DNA of 64,000 nucleotides from positions 4,137,109-4,201,108 of the forward strand of contig OY282380.1 of the NCBI GenBank assembly GCA_958295885.1. Reading direction: 5' to 3'. Below the pieces are notes generated by a model that saw nothing but the letters and a program-made list of their open reading frames with translations, did no database searches and was not told the origin of the DNA. Shown here piece after piece: positions 18,844 through 29,346 of the stretch (the first letter of the stretch is position 1; every line of letters starts with the position of its first letter). This stretch comes from Arenicellales bacterium. Its GTDB lineage: Bacteria; Pseudomonadota; Gammaproteobacteria; Arenicellales; JAJDZL01. Both the position numbers and the translations under genes were made by a program.

Positions 18844-20106
18844 TTATCCCTGTACTCGACTGCCGCGATCAGTCGAGCGGTTTGATCTTGTAACATCGCT
18901 TACCGGGCCGGATGAATTATTGAATGAACCGAATCCATTGCCGGCTGCAGCACCTGCTTCATCTCGCCGCTGAATAATCTGATCTAGAGGCAGGTAGATG
19001 ATGTTGTTCCCATTTTCTTGGTCAATTATTAATTTTGTCGAATTAGTCAATACTTCTTCCAGCGATTCCAGATAGAGACGGTCTCGAGTGACTTGAGGCG
19101 CTTTTTCATACTCATCTAAAATCTGCTCAAATCGAGATGCCTCACCCTCTGCCCGGGCGATGATGCTCGCCTTGTATCCCTGCGCCTCCAGCAGCAGGCG
19201 GGCAGCTTCACCGCGTGCGCGTGGAATTACGTCATTGAAATAAGCTTCCGCTTCATTTTTTAGACGTTCTTCGTCTTCCCTCGCTTTAACAGCATCGTCA
19301 AAAGCCGCTTTTACTTCTGCCGGCGGCTGCGCATTCTGCATTTCAACCGCTCGAATATTCACTCCAGTTTTATAGCGGTCCAGAATCTGCTGCAGCAGCA
19401 CTTTCGTTTCCTGTGCAATTTCTGCTCGCCCCTCAGTGATGACAAAATCCATGGAACTGCTGCCGACAATTTCACGAACCGCACTTTCCGTCGCTTGCCT
19501 TACCACCAGATGCAACGGATCACTCACGTTAAACAGCAAGTCTGTAGGATCTTTGATGTCGTATTGCACGGCAAACTGGATGTCAATAATATTTTCGTCT
19601 GCGGTAAGCATCAATGCTTCCCGGGTTACCGGAGTAATGCTTCGATTTCGATCATTTACGCGATACCCTACTTCCACTGTATTGACTTTTTGTACGTCAA
19701 TCACAACGACTTCCTCGATCGGGACTGGGAAATGCCAGCGCAGACCGGCTTGTGTTGTTGCTGTATGTTCACCGAACCTGAGCTCAACTCCGCGTTCGCC
19801 CTGCTGTACGACGTACAGCCCGCTCGAAAACCAAATTCCAACCGCAACGATTGCTACGATGAGCAGGAAGACTCGCCTGCCGCCCGATTTCTTCGGTTTT
19901 ACAGGGCGGACGCCCGACCCGTCGGAACCGGACCCATCTGAGCCTGGGCGTGCTGACTTACCATTGCCGCCAAATCCTGAAAATATTCGCGAGAACTTAT
20001 CACGAATGTCGCCAACGATTTCATCAAGTTCTGGCGGTCCAGACGGCCCGCCACTACCTCCGGGTTTCCTGTCTTTGCGACCAGGCCCGGAATCATCCCA
20101 TGGCAT
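18844..20106 (-). CDS. hflK: Protease modulator HflK (SPFH/band 7)
   Basis: 420 aa product with a Gly/Pro-rich N-terminus MPWDDSGPG...PPELDE, a TM segment and an SPFH domain. Confidence 0.92.
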   Translation of the reverse strand: MPWDDSGPGRKDRKPGGSGGPSGPPELDEIVGDIRDKFSRIFSGFGGNGKSARPGSDGSGSDGSGVRPVKPKKSGGRRVFLLIVAIVAVGIWFSSGLYVVQQGERGVELRFGEHTATTQAGLRWHFPVPIEEVVVIDVQKVNTVEVGYRVNDRNRSITPVTREALMLTADENIIDIQFAVQYDIKDPTDLLFNVSDPLHLVVRQATESAVREIVGSSSMDFVITEGRAEIAQETKVLLQQILDRYKTGVNIRAVEMQNAQPPAEVKAAFDDAVKAREDEERLKNEAEAYFNDVIPRARGEAARLLLEAQGYKASIIARAEGEASRFEQILDEYEKAPQVTRDRLYLESLEEVLTNSTKLIIDQENGNNIIYLPLDQIIQRRDEAGAAAGNGFGSFNNSSGPVSDVTRSNRSTDRGSRVQG

Positions 20107-20291
20107 ATCTTTAACTATCCTCTATCAAATTTAAATGAATAACCGGTTTATGCAGCAAAAAAATCGCTTTGCTTCTCCGATTCAACTCTACTTATCTGTG
20201 GTCTAGCCCGTCAGATTTCAAATCAATTATATGAATAATATTGAACGAAGATTAAAGAGACACCAGCGAAACACTGCAGTCGATGCCCGGT

Positions 20292-21620
20292 TCAGTCTAC
20301 AGCGGAAGCTTTCTCAGCGCACCAATAATTTTCGTCAAATTCCCTGCATGAATTCAGCCAGCCGATGTCATTCGGCGAAATGCTCAATTCCATGACCGTT
20401 TCCCCTGAGTCCGTAAAGCGTTCACTGACGACTTCGAACTTTGAATAAATCACTGATCGAAGTCTGCCTGCCTGGGGAGGCAGACAGATGCTGCGGAACA
20501 AATGGTCATCTTGAAAAAAACTGACGATCACTTCGAGCAGCTGTTCAATTCCATCTCCTGTCCGTGCAGACAGCCAGATTCGACTCAATTCACCATTCAT
20601 CTCCCGCCGAAGCCCGGATTCGGCATCTATCAGATCGATCTTGTTATAGACCTGAACACGCGGCACCTCATCCGCACCAATTTCACAAAGTACGGATTCT
20701 ACGTTTTGAATTCGTTCGAGACTGTTCTCGCTGGACGAATCGATTACGTGCAGCAGCAGCGACGCACTGGACACTTCTTCCAGCGTTGCATGAAAAGCTG
20801 TGATTAATCCGTGCGGAAGGTCGCGGATAAATCCTACCGTATCTGATAATATCACGGCTCCAACACCCGGCAGTTCGAGTCGGCGCATTGTCGTATCCAA
20901 GGTCGAAAACAGCATGTCTTCAGACAGCACATTGGCATTGCAGAGTCGATTGAAGAGCGTGGATTTGCCTGCGTTGGTGTAACCCACCAAGGCGACTGTC
21001 AGTATCGGAACCTTCTTTCGGCTTTTTCGGCGCAGCTCCCTCTGAACTTCAATTTTGTCCAAGTTTTTCTCCAGACGCTTGATTCTGCCTCCTATCAAAC
21101 GTCGGTCGACTTCCAATTGAGTTTCACCAGGACCTCGCAGGCCAATTCCACCTTTCTGCCGCTCCAAGTGCGTCCAACCGCGGACCAACCGCGTCGACAG
21201 GTGTTTCAACTGCGCCAGTTCAACCTGCAGCTTTCCTTCTCGGGTTGACGCGCGTCGGGCGAAAATATCCAAAATCAACCGCGTCCGATCAATGACGCGG
21301 CATGACACCGACTGCTGCAGATTTCGCTCTTGAATGGGAGTGATGCCATAGTCAACGACTACAACCGATGCATCCGTGGCAATGACGAACTGACGAAGTT
21401 CTTCAACTTTGCCTCGCCCTAAAAATGTTGCGCAGTGAGGTGTCTTTCGTCTTGAAATTACTGAACCGACAACCTTCGCACCAGCAGATTCCACCAGCAG
21501 ACAGATTTCTTCCAAGTCGTCCTGTTCGGAGTTTCTGCGCTGACCAATCTGCCGAACAATGACGGCAAGTTCCAGATCGCTGTCTACTCGCGCTGAACCT
21601 TCGTCAAATTGGAACATCAA
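20292..21620 (-). CDS. hflX: GTPase HflX
   Basis: 442 aa product with GYTNAGKSTLFN (G1) and DTVGFI (G3) motifs. It sits in the hfq-hflX-hflK-hflC order. Confidence 0.95.
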   Translation of the reverse strand: MMFQFDEGSARVDSDLELAVIVRQIGQRRNSEQDDLEEICLLVESAGAKVVGSVISRRKTPHCATFLGRGKVEELRQFVIATDASVVVVDYGITPIQERNLQQSVSCRVIDRTRLILDIFARRASTREGKLQVELAQLKHLSTRLVRGWTHLERQKGGIGLRGPGETQLEVDRRLIGGRIKRLEKNLDKIEVQRELRRKSRKKVPILTVALVGYTNAGKSTLFNRLCNANVLSEDMLFSTLDTTMRRLELPGVGAVILSDTVGFIRDLPHGLITAFHATLEEVSSASLLLHVIDSSSENSLERIQNVESVLCEIGADEVPRVQVYNKIDLIDAESGLRREMNGELSRIWLSARTGDGIEQLLEVIVSFFQDDHLFRSICLPPQAGRLRSVIYSKFEVVSERFTDSGETVMELSISPNDIGWLNSCREFDENYWCAEKASAVD

Positions 21621-21706
21621 TAAGCCGGTTAGCGTTTAAAAATTTTTTTCCGAATGCAATAATGAAAAATTTGAAAATCTATTGCTCTTCGGTGTGGAAA
21701 AATTTC

Positions 21707-21952
21707 TTAAATTTCAATTTTCTTATCTGATGCAATCGACACGGGTCGAGAAGGAACAATGGTAGAAATTGCGTGCTTGTATACTATCTGAGTTACCCCA
21801 GCTTTGAGCTGAATCACGAAACGATCATATGACTCAATTTGTCCCTGCAGCTTGATTCCATTAATCAAAAAAATGGATACTTGCACCTGTTGCTTGCGTA
21901 ACTCGTTCAAAAATGGTTCTTGAAGGAGGGAGCCCTTTGTTTTATTCTTCAT
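21707..21952 (-). CDS. hfq: RNA chaperone Hfq
   Basis: 81 aa product with the Sm motifs [40 protein letters not shown]...[10 protein letters not shown]. Confidence 0.97.
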   Translation of the reverse strand: MKNKTKGSLLQEPFLNELRKQQVQVSIFLINGIKLQGQIESYDRFVIQLKAGVTQIVYKHAISTIVPSRPVSIASDKKIEI

Positions 21953-21970
21953 AAAACTCCGCCAAAAAAA

Positions 21971-23023
21971 TTATATTTGTTGCTTCAATGATATATCATT
22001 CTCACTTTTTTTGTGATTTTCTCCTTGATTTTGCGAACAATCGGCAAGTGCTGGCAGATTTCCTTTTGAAATCATGCAGTTCACCAAATTCACGACTCTG
22101 CTGTTTCTGCTCGCGGGACTGCCGACAGCCCAAAACACTCCGGGTGCGTTGCGAATCCAGGTCAATTGACGTTTTGCGAGCTGAGAAGTCGACCGAACGG
22201 CATCTTCGATCATGCTCTCAAGGTCGCAATGCCCTGCCAGATGATTCCACACCTGCCTGTAGCCGACCAGCCGCATGGCCGGGAGCGCATGATCGAATCG
22301 AGGGTCCTGCTGCAGCATTTCCGCTTCCTCCAGCAGGCCCTGATCAATCATCTCTAAATATCGTTTCCTGATTGCTGCGTTCTGCACCGATCGATCTTCC
22401 CGCACGACAGCAATTTTCAAGATTGGAAACGGCAAAGGTTCACAGCGGCGCTCTCTCATGAACGCGGCGGGCAACTGATTGGTCTGATAATGGATTTCAA
22501 GCAGCCGTTCGATCCGCTGCGCGTCATTCGGCGATACTTTTTCGGCAGCAGCGGGGTCTATTTGGGCAAGTTCCTCATGCAGACTTGACCATCCCTCCAG
22601 CTCTGCCCGCTCACGTATCGATTTACGCGTTGAATCGCACCGCTCGGGAAGCTCGGACAATCCCTTTTCCAGAGCTCGAAAATAAAACATCGAACCTCCC
22701 ACAAGGAGCGGAACGCGGCCACTTTGATGAATGCTCCGAATTTCCCGCAGTGCATCTTTGCGAAACCGTCCTGCCGAGTACGGTTCCCACGGTTCACACA
22801 CGTCAATCAAACGATGTGGAACCTGTTTCAAAATGTGCGCAGATGGTTTGGCAGTGCCAACATCCATCTGTCGAAATACCTGACCGGAGTCGACGCTGAT
22901 CAGATCGAACGGATAGCGCGACGCCAATTCAATCGCGGTGCTGGTTTTGCCGGATGCGGTCGGACCAATCAAAAAAACAACTGGTTCTTTCGCGGCTCCC
23001 GCAATTGGGACGGATGACATCAA
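21971..23023 (-). CDS. miaA: tRNA dimethylallyltransferase
   Basis: P-loop GPTASGKTS plus SVDSGQVFRQMDVGTAKP. The protein has an extra roughly 40 aa C-terminal tail. Confidence 0.95.
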   Translation of the reverse strand: MMSSVPIAGAAKEPVVFLIGPTASGKTSTAIELASRYPFDLISVDSGQVFRQMDVGTAKPSAHILKQVPHRLIDVCEPWEPYSAGRFRKDALREIRSIHQSGRVPLLVGGSMFYFRALEKGLSELPERCDSTRKSIRERAELEGWSSLHEELAQIDPAAAEKVSPNDAQRIERLLEIHYQTNQLPAAFMRERRCEPLPFPILKIAVVREDRSVQNAAIRKRYLEMIDQGLLEEAEMLQQDPRFDHALPAMRLVGYRQVWNHLAGHCDLESMIEDAVRSTSQLAKRQLTWIRNAPGVFWAVGSPASRNSRVVNLVNCMISKGNLPALADCSQNQGENHKKSENDISLKQQI

Positions 23024-23030
23024 ATTCAGG

Positions 23031-24806
23031 CTATCTGCCGCGATGGAACAGCCGATTCAATTCCTGAATGGATATCTGCCGCCAAGTCGGCCGACCGTGA
23101 CTGCAGTAACCGGAATGTTCGGAGCTTTCCATCTGTCTGAGCAAGCTGTTCATTTCTGGAACGGACAGGGAATGATTGGCGCGGATCGAACCATGACACG
23201 ACATTGTCGCGAGAATTTCGTTGCGTACATGCTCCACTCGCTTTGAACTGCCTCGTTCCATCAGATCGGAGATCACATCTCGAATCAGCTGTTCCAAGTC
23301 CGTTTTCTTCAAAATTTCTGGAATCGAACGAATCGCGATGACCGTTTCTGATGATCTAGAAATATCGAAGCCCAGTTCAAGCAGCATTTCTGAATGGACT
23401 TCAGCCGCTTCCGCTTCTTCGTTTGAAACTTTGATGGTGACCGGAACCAGCAGAACCTGAGACCTGAGTTCGGAGTTGTCATAGTGATGCTTAAGCGATT
23501 CGTAAGTGAGGCGCTCATGTGCCGCATGCATGTCAACAATAATCAGTCCGTCGGCGTTTTCAGCGAGTACGAAAGCTCCTGCCAGCTGCGCCAATGCAAA
23601 TCCCAGCGGCGGCACGTCAATTTCCTGCTTAACCGGCGGCTGAGCCGGCTCAGCTGAAGAAGAAGCTCCCTGTTCATCATCGATCAGACTCGTCCAGTCA
23701 CTTTTCCACTTTAAGGAAAGACCCGACTGCTGACTTCGATCGATGTGCGCCGGGTCCAAAGAAAAGACCTGCCGAGTCTTGGTTTTCGTTCCAGGTTTTT
23801 CACCTGACAGCGCACCGCTGACCGCACGCAGAACACAACGATAAACATCATTGAAATTTTTGAATCGGACCTGTGTTTTGGCTGGATGCACGTTGACGTC
23901 AACAAATTCATGATCAATGTCCAAAAACAATGCGAATGCTGGAAATCTTGAGGAATCGTAGAGCAGGTCCTTGTAAGCCTGTCGAACGGCATGCGCAATG
24001 CTGCGGTCGTATACCGCCCGCCCATTCACATAGAGGTACTGCTGATCAGGCTGCGCCCTCGTATAGTCTGGCGATCCAATCCAGCCGCTGACCTTGATTC
24101 TGTCACGCTGAAATTCAACGCGGGTTCGGTTCTCGCTGAATTCCTCGTTAAATACATACTTCAATCGCTTCTTCAGCTCATCAGTGCCTGTCACCGACGC
24201 AAATTGAATCGGTTTCTTGCCATCAAACTGAATCGAGAAGCCTATGTTTGTCCGAGCCAGCAGCATCTGCTTGAATAATTTTGTCAAGTGCGCTTTTTCG
24301 GTGATTTTCGAACGTAAGAATTTTCTTCGCGCAGGCACATTAAAAAACAGGTCCTGAATTTCGACCGTCGTACCAATCGCATGCTGAATCGGCGCGGGCT
24401 CTTCCATTTCGCCGCTGCCCGCGCATTTCACCTGATATCCATGAGCGTCCGCTTCAGTGCGAGTGCTTAGGATCAGACGCGAAACCGACGCGATGCTGGG
24501 GAGAGCCTCCCCTCGAAAACCGAGCGTTTCAATACTCTCAATATCATCAAATGAGTTCAGCTTGCTGGTGGCGTGGCGCGCCAGGGCCAAGCCGATTTCT
24601 TCGTGCTGGATGCCTTCCCCATCGTCGCGTACCAGCAGGCGCCGAATCCCGCCTTCACGAATTTCGATGCTGATGAACTTTGCGCCGGCATCAATACTGT
24701 TTTCTAGAAATTCCTTGAGTACGGACGCCGGACGCTCTACGACTTCGCCTGCTGCAATCTTGTTGATGACCTTGTCATCGAGTCTTGTGATGCGTCGAGT
24801 CTGCAT
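23031..24806 (-). CDS. mutL: DNA mismatch repair protein MutL
   Basis: The ORF was trimmed to the ATG at 24806 ([40 protein letters not shown]). This avoids overlap with the upstream amidase gene. Confidence 0.95.
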   Translation of the reverse strand: [591 protein letters not shown]

Positions 24807-24828
24807 GACTTTATCTGCCTTTTGCACC

Positions 24829-25977
24829 TCAGCTGCCGGATGCATCCGAATTTGCGGTTCTCCACTGGTCCTGATTCCATGGGTATTTCTCCGCATATCG
24901 AACCACGCCCCGCGTAATATGCCTGACCAGCTTTTTCTGATACGAACTCGTATTCAGCTTCTTTTCTTCTTTTGGATTTGAGATGAATCCAAGTTCGACC
25001 AGAATCGACGGAATTTCGGGGGTCTTGAGAACGACAAAACCAGCCTGTTCCACACCGTTTCCATGTAGTTTTCCCACATTTGAAAGCTGGCTGCGCACCA
25101 TGCTTCCAAGATCCAGGCTGCGTTCAATCTGCTCTGACAGGGAGAGATCGGCAAGAACTTTTACGAGAACATCTTCTTTGTTTTCAAGTTCTACTCCTCC
25201 CATCAAATCCGACAGGTTTTCTCTATTTGCGATCAATCGGGCGCGTTCGCTGGTCGCACCGCGTTCAGATAACGCGAACACTGAGATGCCATGAGCGCTC
25301 TTTCGGGTAAAAGAATCTGCATGAACGGAAATAAACAGGTTCGCATTCATGTCGACTGCAATCTGAGTGCGTCGTCGAAGCGGTATGTAATAATCGCCTT
25401 TTCGAGTCAGCTCCGCACGTATTCCAGGCTGCGCATCCAGAGATTTTTTCAGTCGCTTCGCAACTTGAAGCACCAACTTTTTCTCGTAGGTCTTGCGACT
25501 GCCGATTGCACCTGGGTCTTCGCCACCGTGTCCAGCGTCAATCACAACTAAAAATTCTTTGCCATTTGGACGGGGCTTCTTCTGTTTCGGCTGCGCGGCG
25601 GACGAACCTTCAAGATCGACCACGAGCCGATGCCCGTAAATTTGGTTTGGTTTCAATACGAAATCCTTTATGGCTACTTTTGCGCGCAGGTCGACTACAA
25701 ACCGTACCTTGTCAACGTGCAGACCGTACCGAATTTTCTTGATATGGGGACCGAGACTCGAAGCGGATGGCACTCTGCCGAAAAATTTGCCTTTTATTAT
25801 GTCTATGGCGACGCGTTCGGGATTTGAGAGAAGAATAAGGTCGTACTTTACCGAGGCGCTCGCATCAAACACCAATCTTGTACGTTCTGGCGAATTCCAG
25901 ATGCGAATATCGGAAATCTGCACAGCAAACGCGTCGGCAGACAACAGAAACAAAACGAGAAAAAACAGTTTTTTCAT
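24829..25977 (-). CDS. amiB: N-acetylmuramoyl-L-alanine amidase (AMIN domain plus Amidase_3)
   Basis: It has a signal peptide, an AMIN-like N-terminal domain and an amidase core VVIDAGHGGEDPGA...ISVHAD. It occupies the conserved position upstream of mutL. Confidence 0.88.
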   Translation of the reverse strand: MKKLFFLVLFLLSADAFAVQISDIRIWNSPERTRLVFDASASVKYDLILLSNPERVAIDIIKGKFFGRVPSASSLGPHIKKIRYGLHVDKVRFVVDLRAKVAIKDFVLKPNQIYGHRLVVDLEGSSAAQPKQKKPRPNGKEFLVVIDAGHGGEDPGAIGSRKTYEKKLVLQVAKRLKKSLDAQPGIRAELTRKGDYYIPLRRRTQIAVDMNANLFISVHADSFTRKSAHGISVFALSERGATSERARLIANRENLSDLMGGVELENKEDVLVKVLADLSLSEQIERSLDLGSMVRSQLSNVGKLHGNGVEQAGFVVLKTPEIPSILVELGFISNPKEEKKLNTSSYQKKLVRHITRGVVRYAEKYPWNQDQWRTANSDASGS

Positions 25978-26020
25978 AAATTTACAAATGGGAATTGAGC
26001 TGATTGCCGTCCTGCCGAGG

Positions 26021-26141
26021 CTGTGAAAGTATTCTCATTTTCGTAGATTTCTGAATCAGAACAAATATTAATATATATTAAATCAATGAGATAAATATTC
26101 AAAATCCACTAATTTAAACTAATTTGGCAATACTTTCACAG
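26021..26141 (-). mobile_element. MITE-like element, copy 2 (inverted relative to copy 1)
   Basis: The reverse complement is nearly identical to 2593-2713 and has the same 13 bp terminal inverted repeat. Flanks are GAGG / TCTC. It overlaps the last codons and stop of tsaE. Confidence 0.85.
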
Positions 26142-26583
26142 TCTCTGCTGCCAGCTGGGCCTGCACAAAAACTTCTCGGGCGCTGCCCTCATGCTGAATG
26201 TTGATTCGAAAATTCGGACTCGGAAGAATGTCGGTTCCTCGTTCTGGCCATTCTACGAACCATGCGTATTTTTCTCTTTGATATTCCTCCAAACCAATCA
26301 AATAAAGTTCATAAGAGTCCTCGATTCGGTACAGGTCGATGTGCAGCAGCTGCAGACCGGTCGGCGCGGTGTATGTTTCCAGCAGCGAAAATGTCGGGCT
26401 CAACACAGGCTCGAACACCTTTAAGCCTCGAAAAATTCCTTGAATCAACGTGGTTTTGCCGGTGCCCAGTTCTCCTTCAAAAAACATGCAGATTCCTGGT
26501 TTCGCAAATGCCGCCAAATCACTGCCAAGCCGTTTCATTTCCCGAGTCGATTCGACCCGTACCCTGAAACTGTCAGACTGCAT
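26119..26583 (-). CDS. tsaE: tRNA t6A37 biosynthesis ATPase TsaE (YjeE)
   Basis: 154 aa product with the Walker A motif GELGTGKTTLIQG and SPTFSL...HIDLYR. The last residues (T)VKVLPN and the TAG stop are encoded inside the MITE. Confidence 0.9.
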   Translation of the reverse strand: MQSDSFRVRVESTREMKRLGSDLAAFAKPGICMFFEGELGTGKTTLIQGIFRGLKVFEPVLSPTFSLLETYTAPTGLQLLHIDLYRIEDSYELYLIGLEEYQREKYAWFVEWPERGTDILPSPNFRINIQHEGSAREVFVQAQLAAETVKVLPN

Positions 26584-28123
26584 CGCAAAATCCCCGTTTC
26601 TGAGTCAGCGTCAGGCGCTGTCGAACTCCTTTCGTTTCAGGATGAAGCCCGTCGAGCAGCAGGCGCAGGTGCGGCATCAGGTCCGTTGCCATCAAACCCA
26701 GCATTCCTGAATTTCGGGCTGCCCGATCACCCGCGGCTGCGTGAAGCCAGACTCCTGTTCTCGCCGCTTCGTCCAACCCCATTCCCTGTCCCACAAGAGC
26801 ACAGATCACACCGGTTAGAACATCCCCCATTCCGCCAGTTGCCATGCCTGGATTTCCTCTGTTGCACAGCCAGCTCTGCCGCTCCGAAACAATCAGCGTG
26901 CCGGTGCCTTTGAGCACGCAGACACCTCCATATTTTTTTGTGATTTGAACTGCGGCTTCCAGCCGATTGCCTTGTATCTCTTTAGTGCTGACTCCCAAAA
27001 GACGCGCCGCTTCTCCCGGATGAGGCGTTAATGCCCAATCCTCTCTGCGTACGGGATTCTCTGCCAACAGATTCAGCGCATCGGCGTCAACCACCAACTT
27101 ACGGTCCGTCTTGGAAACGGTTTCCCAGATCTGTCTTGCGCAGGCATCCTGACCCAATCCAGGTCCAATTCCAACTGCGCCAGCTCTTTTGAGCAGCGGC
27201 GACAGTGAATCTGCGTCTGAGACTTCAAACAGGCGAATTTCAGGCGAATTTAGAATGTGAAAAGATCCGCTCTCTGCCGCGGTTGCAATGGAGACCAGTC
27301 CAGCTCCGGCGCGATAAGCCGCCAAAGCTGCCATCAGCGCTGCTCCCTCCATGGTTCTGGCGCCCCCGACAATCAAGATCTGACCCACTGACACCTTGTG
27401 TGCATCCGGACTGCGGTGAGGAAATCCTGCCGCCAATTCCGACGGAACAACCAGCTGCGGAGCCGATGGATGCTCATCCTGCGTGAACTCGTCCGTATCC
27501 AGAGTTTCCAATTCCAGCTGTCCAACGTAATCGCAGGCGTGACCGGTCAGCATTCCCATCTTGTGACAGATGAATGTAACGGTAACATTCGCTTCTACGG
27601 CAATTCCTCTGACATCACCGGTATCCGCGTCCAAACCGGATGGAATGTCAAGAGCCAATACCGGCACGTCCTGTTCATTGATCTTTTGGATGTGCAGAGC
27701 CAGTTCACTCCTTATGTCTCTGCACAGCCCTATGCCCAGCAAAGCATCAATCACAACCTCGTACTGAGCTAAATCCGTCAATTCGGAAGTCTGCGCCGTT
27801 TTCCCGCCCAAGTCCAAATAAACCTGAAGAGCGCGCTGCGACTCTGGAGATCTCGGCTCGGCAGTCTGATATAAATCCACATGGAATCGCTGCCTTAAAG
27901 CGGCCGCTGCAAGCACGTAGCCGTCACCGCCGTTATTGCCACTGCCACACAGTACGGCAATTTTTGAACACTGCGGCCAATAAAACATCAACCAACAAAA
28001 TGCACGTTCGCCTGCTTTGCGCATCAGTTCATACGCTTCAATCCGCTTGGAATGAATTAGAAATCTGTCAAGATTTTGCGCTTGAGAACGGGTAAGTACT
28101 GCTCGGGATGCCATGAACTTCAA
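26573..28123 (-). CDS. nnr: Bifunctional NAD(P)H-hydrate repair enzyme (epimerase/dehydratase, YjeF)
   Basis: 516 aa product with an N-terminal YjeF_N domain (CGSGNNGGDGYV) and a C-terminal carbohydrate-kinase domain (GGMGDVLTG). Confidence 0.92.
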   Translation of the reverse strand: MKFMASRAVLTRSQAQNLDRFLIHSKRIEAYELMRKAGERAFCWLMFYWPQCSKIAVLCGSGNNGGDGYVLAAAALRQRFHVDLYQTAEPRSPESQRALQVYLDLGGKTAQTSELTDLAQYEVVIDALLGIGLCRDIRSELALHIQKINEQDVPVLALDIPSGLDADTGDVRGIAVEANVTVTFICHKMGMLTGHACDYVGQLELETLDTDEFTQDEHPSAPQLVVPSELAAGFPHRSPDAHKVSVGQILIVGGARTMEGAALMAALAAYRAGAGLVSIATAAESGSFHILNSPEIRLFEVSDADSLSPLLKRAGAVGIGPGLGQDACARQIWETVSKTDRKLVVDADALNLLAENPVRREDWALTPHPGEAARLLGVSTKEIQGNRLEAAVQITKKYGGVCVLKGTGTLIVSERQSWLCNRGNPGMATGGMGDVLTGVICALVGQGMGLDEAARTGVWLHAAAGDRAARNSGMLGLMATDLMPHLRLLLDGLHPETKGVRQRLTLTQKRGFCDAV

Positions 28124-28376
28124 AAAAATTTTCTAATTTTTACCAATTAGATTCGAAGCGGGTCAGGTCAAGCCATTATAACACTTAAGTTACCTTAAAT
28201 GATCGTCAAACTTGTTTCAGCGTTTCTAAAAAGTGTCAGTTAACTCACTGATAGTGCTCATTTATTTGAATTTTCGGCTGACCTCCGAATGCCTCATCCT
28301 GAGTGTCTGGCTCCGACTCGGTCAAATACGGCATCCGGTGCACGCTGACTGAAACTTTCCAAATGGATATTTTGCT

Positions 28377-28751
28377 TTACAGGTCTAAGACCAGCTCCGA
28401 AGAAACGGCGCGGGAGCAGCAGATCGTCAGGTATTCTTCGTGGTCTTCATCGTCGAGAATCTCGTCTCTGTGCAGCGGTTCACCTTCCAAGTACCGCGTC
28501 AGACAGGTTCCACAAAATCCTTCCTCGCATGAAGTGTCCACATCAATGCCATTTTCTCTGAGCACTTCCACGATGCTCACATAGGGTGGAACGACATACA
28601 CCTCATCAGTGCTCGAAATGCGAATCTGAAACTCAACTTCTTCAATGTCAGACGTCTGCAAAAGTGATTCTCCTGATTTCGAAATTATTGTGATGAAAAG
28701 TGAAGCTCGTGTTTTCTGACTGTTCGTCTGGGTTTCCGAAAGGACTGACAA
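28377..28751 (-). CDS. Plant-type [2Fe-2S] ferredoxin, like the C-terminal domain of VanB/phthalate dioxygenase reductases
   Basis: The product contains SCEEGFCGTCLTRYLEGEPLHRDEILDDED...ICCSRAVSSELVLDL. No FMN/NAD (FNR) domain is present. Confidence 0.8.
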   Translation of the reverse strand: MSVLSETQTNSQKTRASLFITIISKSGESLLQTSDIEEVEFQIRISSTDEVYVVPPYVSIVEVLRENGIDVDTSCEEGFCGTCLTRYLEGEPLHRDEILDDEDHEEYLTICCSRAVSSELVLDL

Positions 28752-28770
28752 ATCAACCGTTCAGTTTCAA

Positions 28771-29346
28771 TCAGGCAGCTGACCGACCGGACTTTTCAGC
28801 AGACAGCATCTTCAATTCAGCGTCATCTTCCGTTTCAATCTGAAGTGCGTCATTGAATCGATTGAAGAAGCCGCACAATGCAATTCGCAGCGTCAATTCA
28901 ACAATCTGCGCTTCTGAAAAATGTTTCTTCAGCTGCGCAACCATCCTGTTGCTTATTCGATTTGCATTCTGAGTGACCTGAACCGCGTAATCTCTCACCA
29001 GCATATCCACTTCATCCAATCCTGGACAGTCCGGTTCCAGTATGTTTGTCACAGCTTCCTGTGAAATGCCTTCGATCATTAATTTCGGCACATGATGAGT
29101 CACGCAATAACTGCATTCGTTCAGTTTGGATACGACGACCAGCGCGATCTCCAAATGCCGTTTGGGAAGAACAGCCTCCTCCGACAATTCCAGCAGCATG
29201 CCCATCAGGTGTCGCAGGGCCGGAGGCCGATGTGCAAAAATCTTGACCTGATTCTCGAACGGACCATATTCAGTGCCGAAACGAACATAGATGTCTTTCA
29301 CATCATCCGGAACTTCACCGACGTCAATATTTCTGACTCTCGCCAT
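28771..29346 (-). CDS. Carboxymuconolactone decarboxylase / AhpD-like family protein
   Basis: The ORF was trimmed to the ATG at 29346 (MARVRNIDVGEVPDDVK). It carries the CSYCVTHH CxxC motif. Confidence 0.72.
   Translation of the reverse strand: MARVRNIDVGEVPDDVKDIYVRFGTEYGPFENQVKIFAHRPPALRHLMGMLLELSEEAVLPKRHLEIALVVVSKLNECSYCVTHHVPKLMIEGISQEAVTNILEPDCPGLDEVDMLVRDYAVQVTQNANRISNRMVAQLKKHFSEAQIVELTLRIALCGFFNRFNDALQIETEDDAELKMLSAEKSGRSAA

Noticed and set aside
19900-20060. Gly/Ser/Pro-rich repeats (GSDGSGSDGSG, PGGSGGPSGPP) at the HflK N-terminus as a possible foreign insertion
   Set aside because: Low-complexity Gly/Pro-rich N-terminal tails are a normal feature of HflK proteins.
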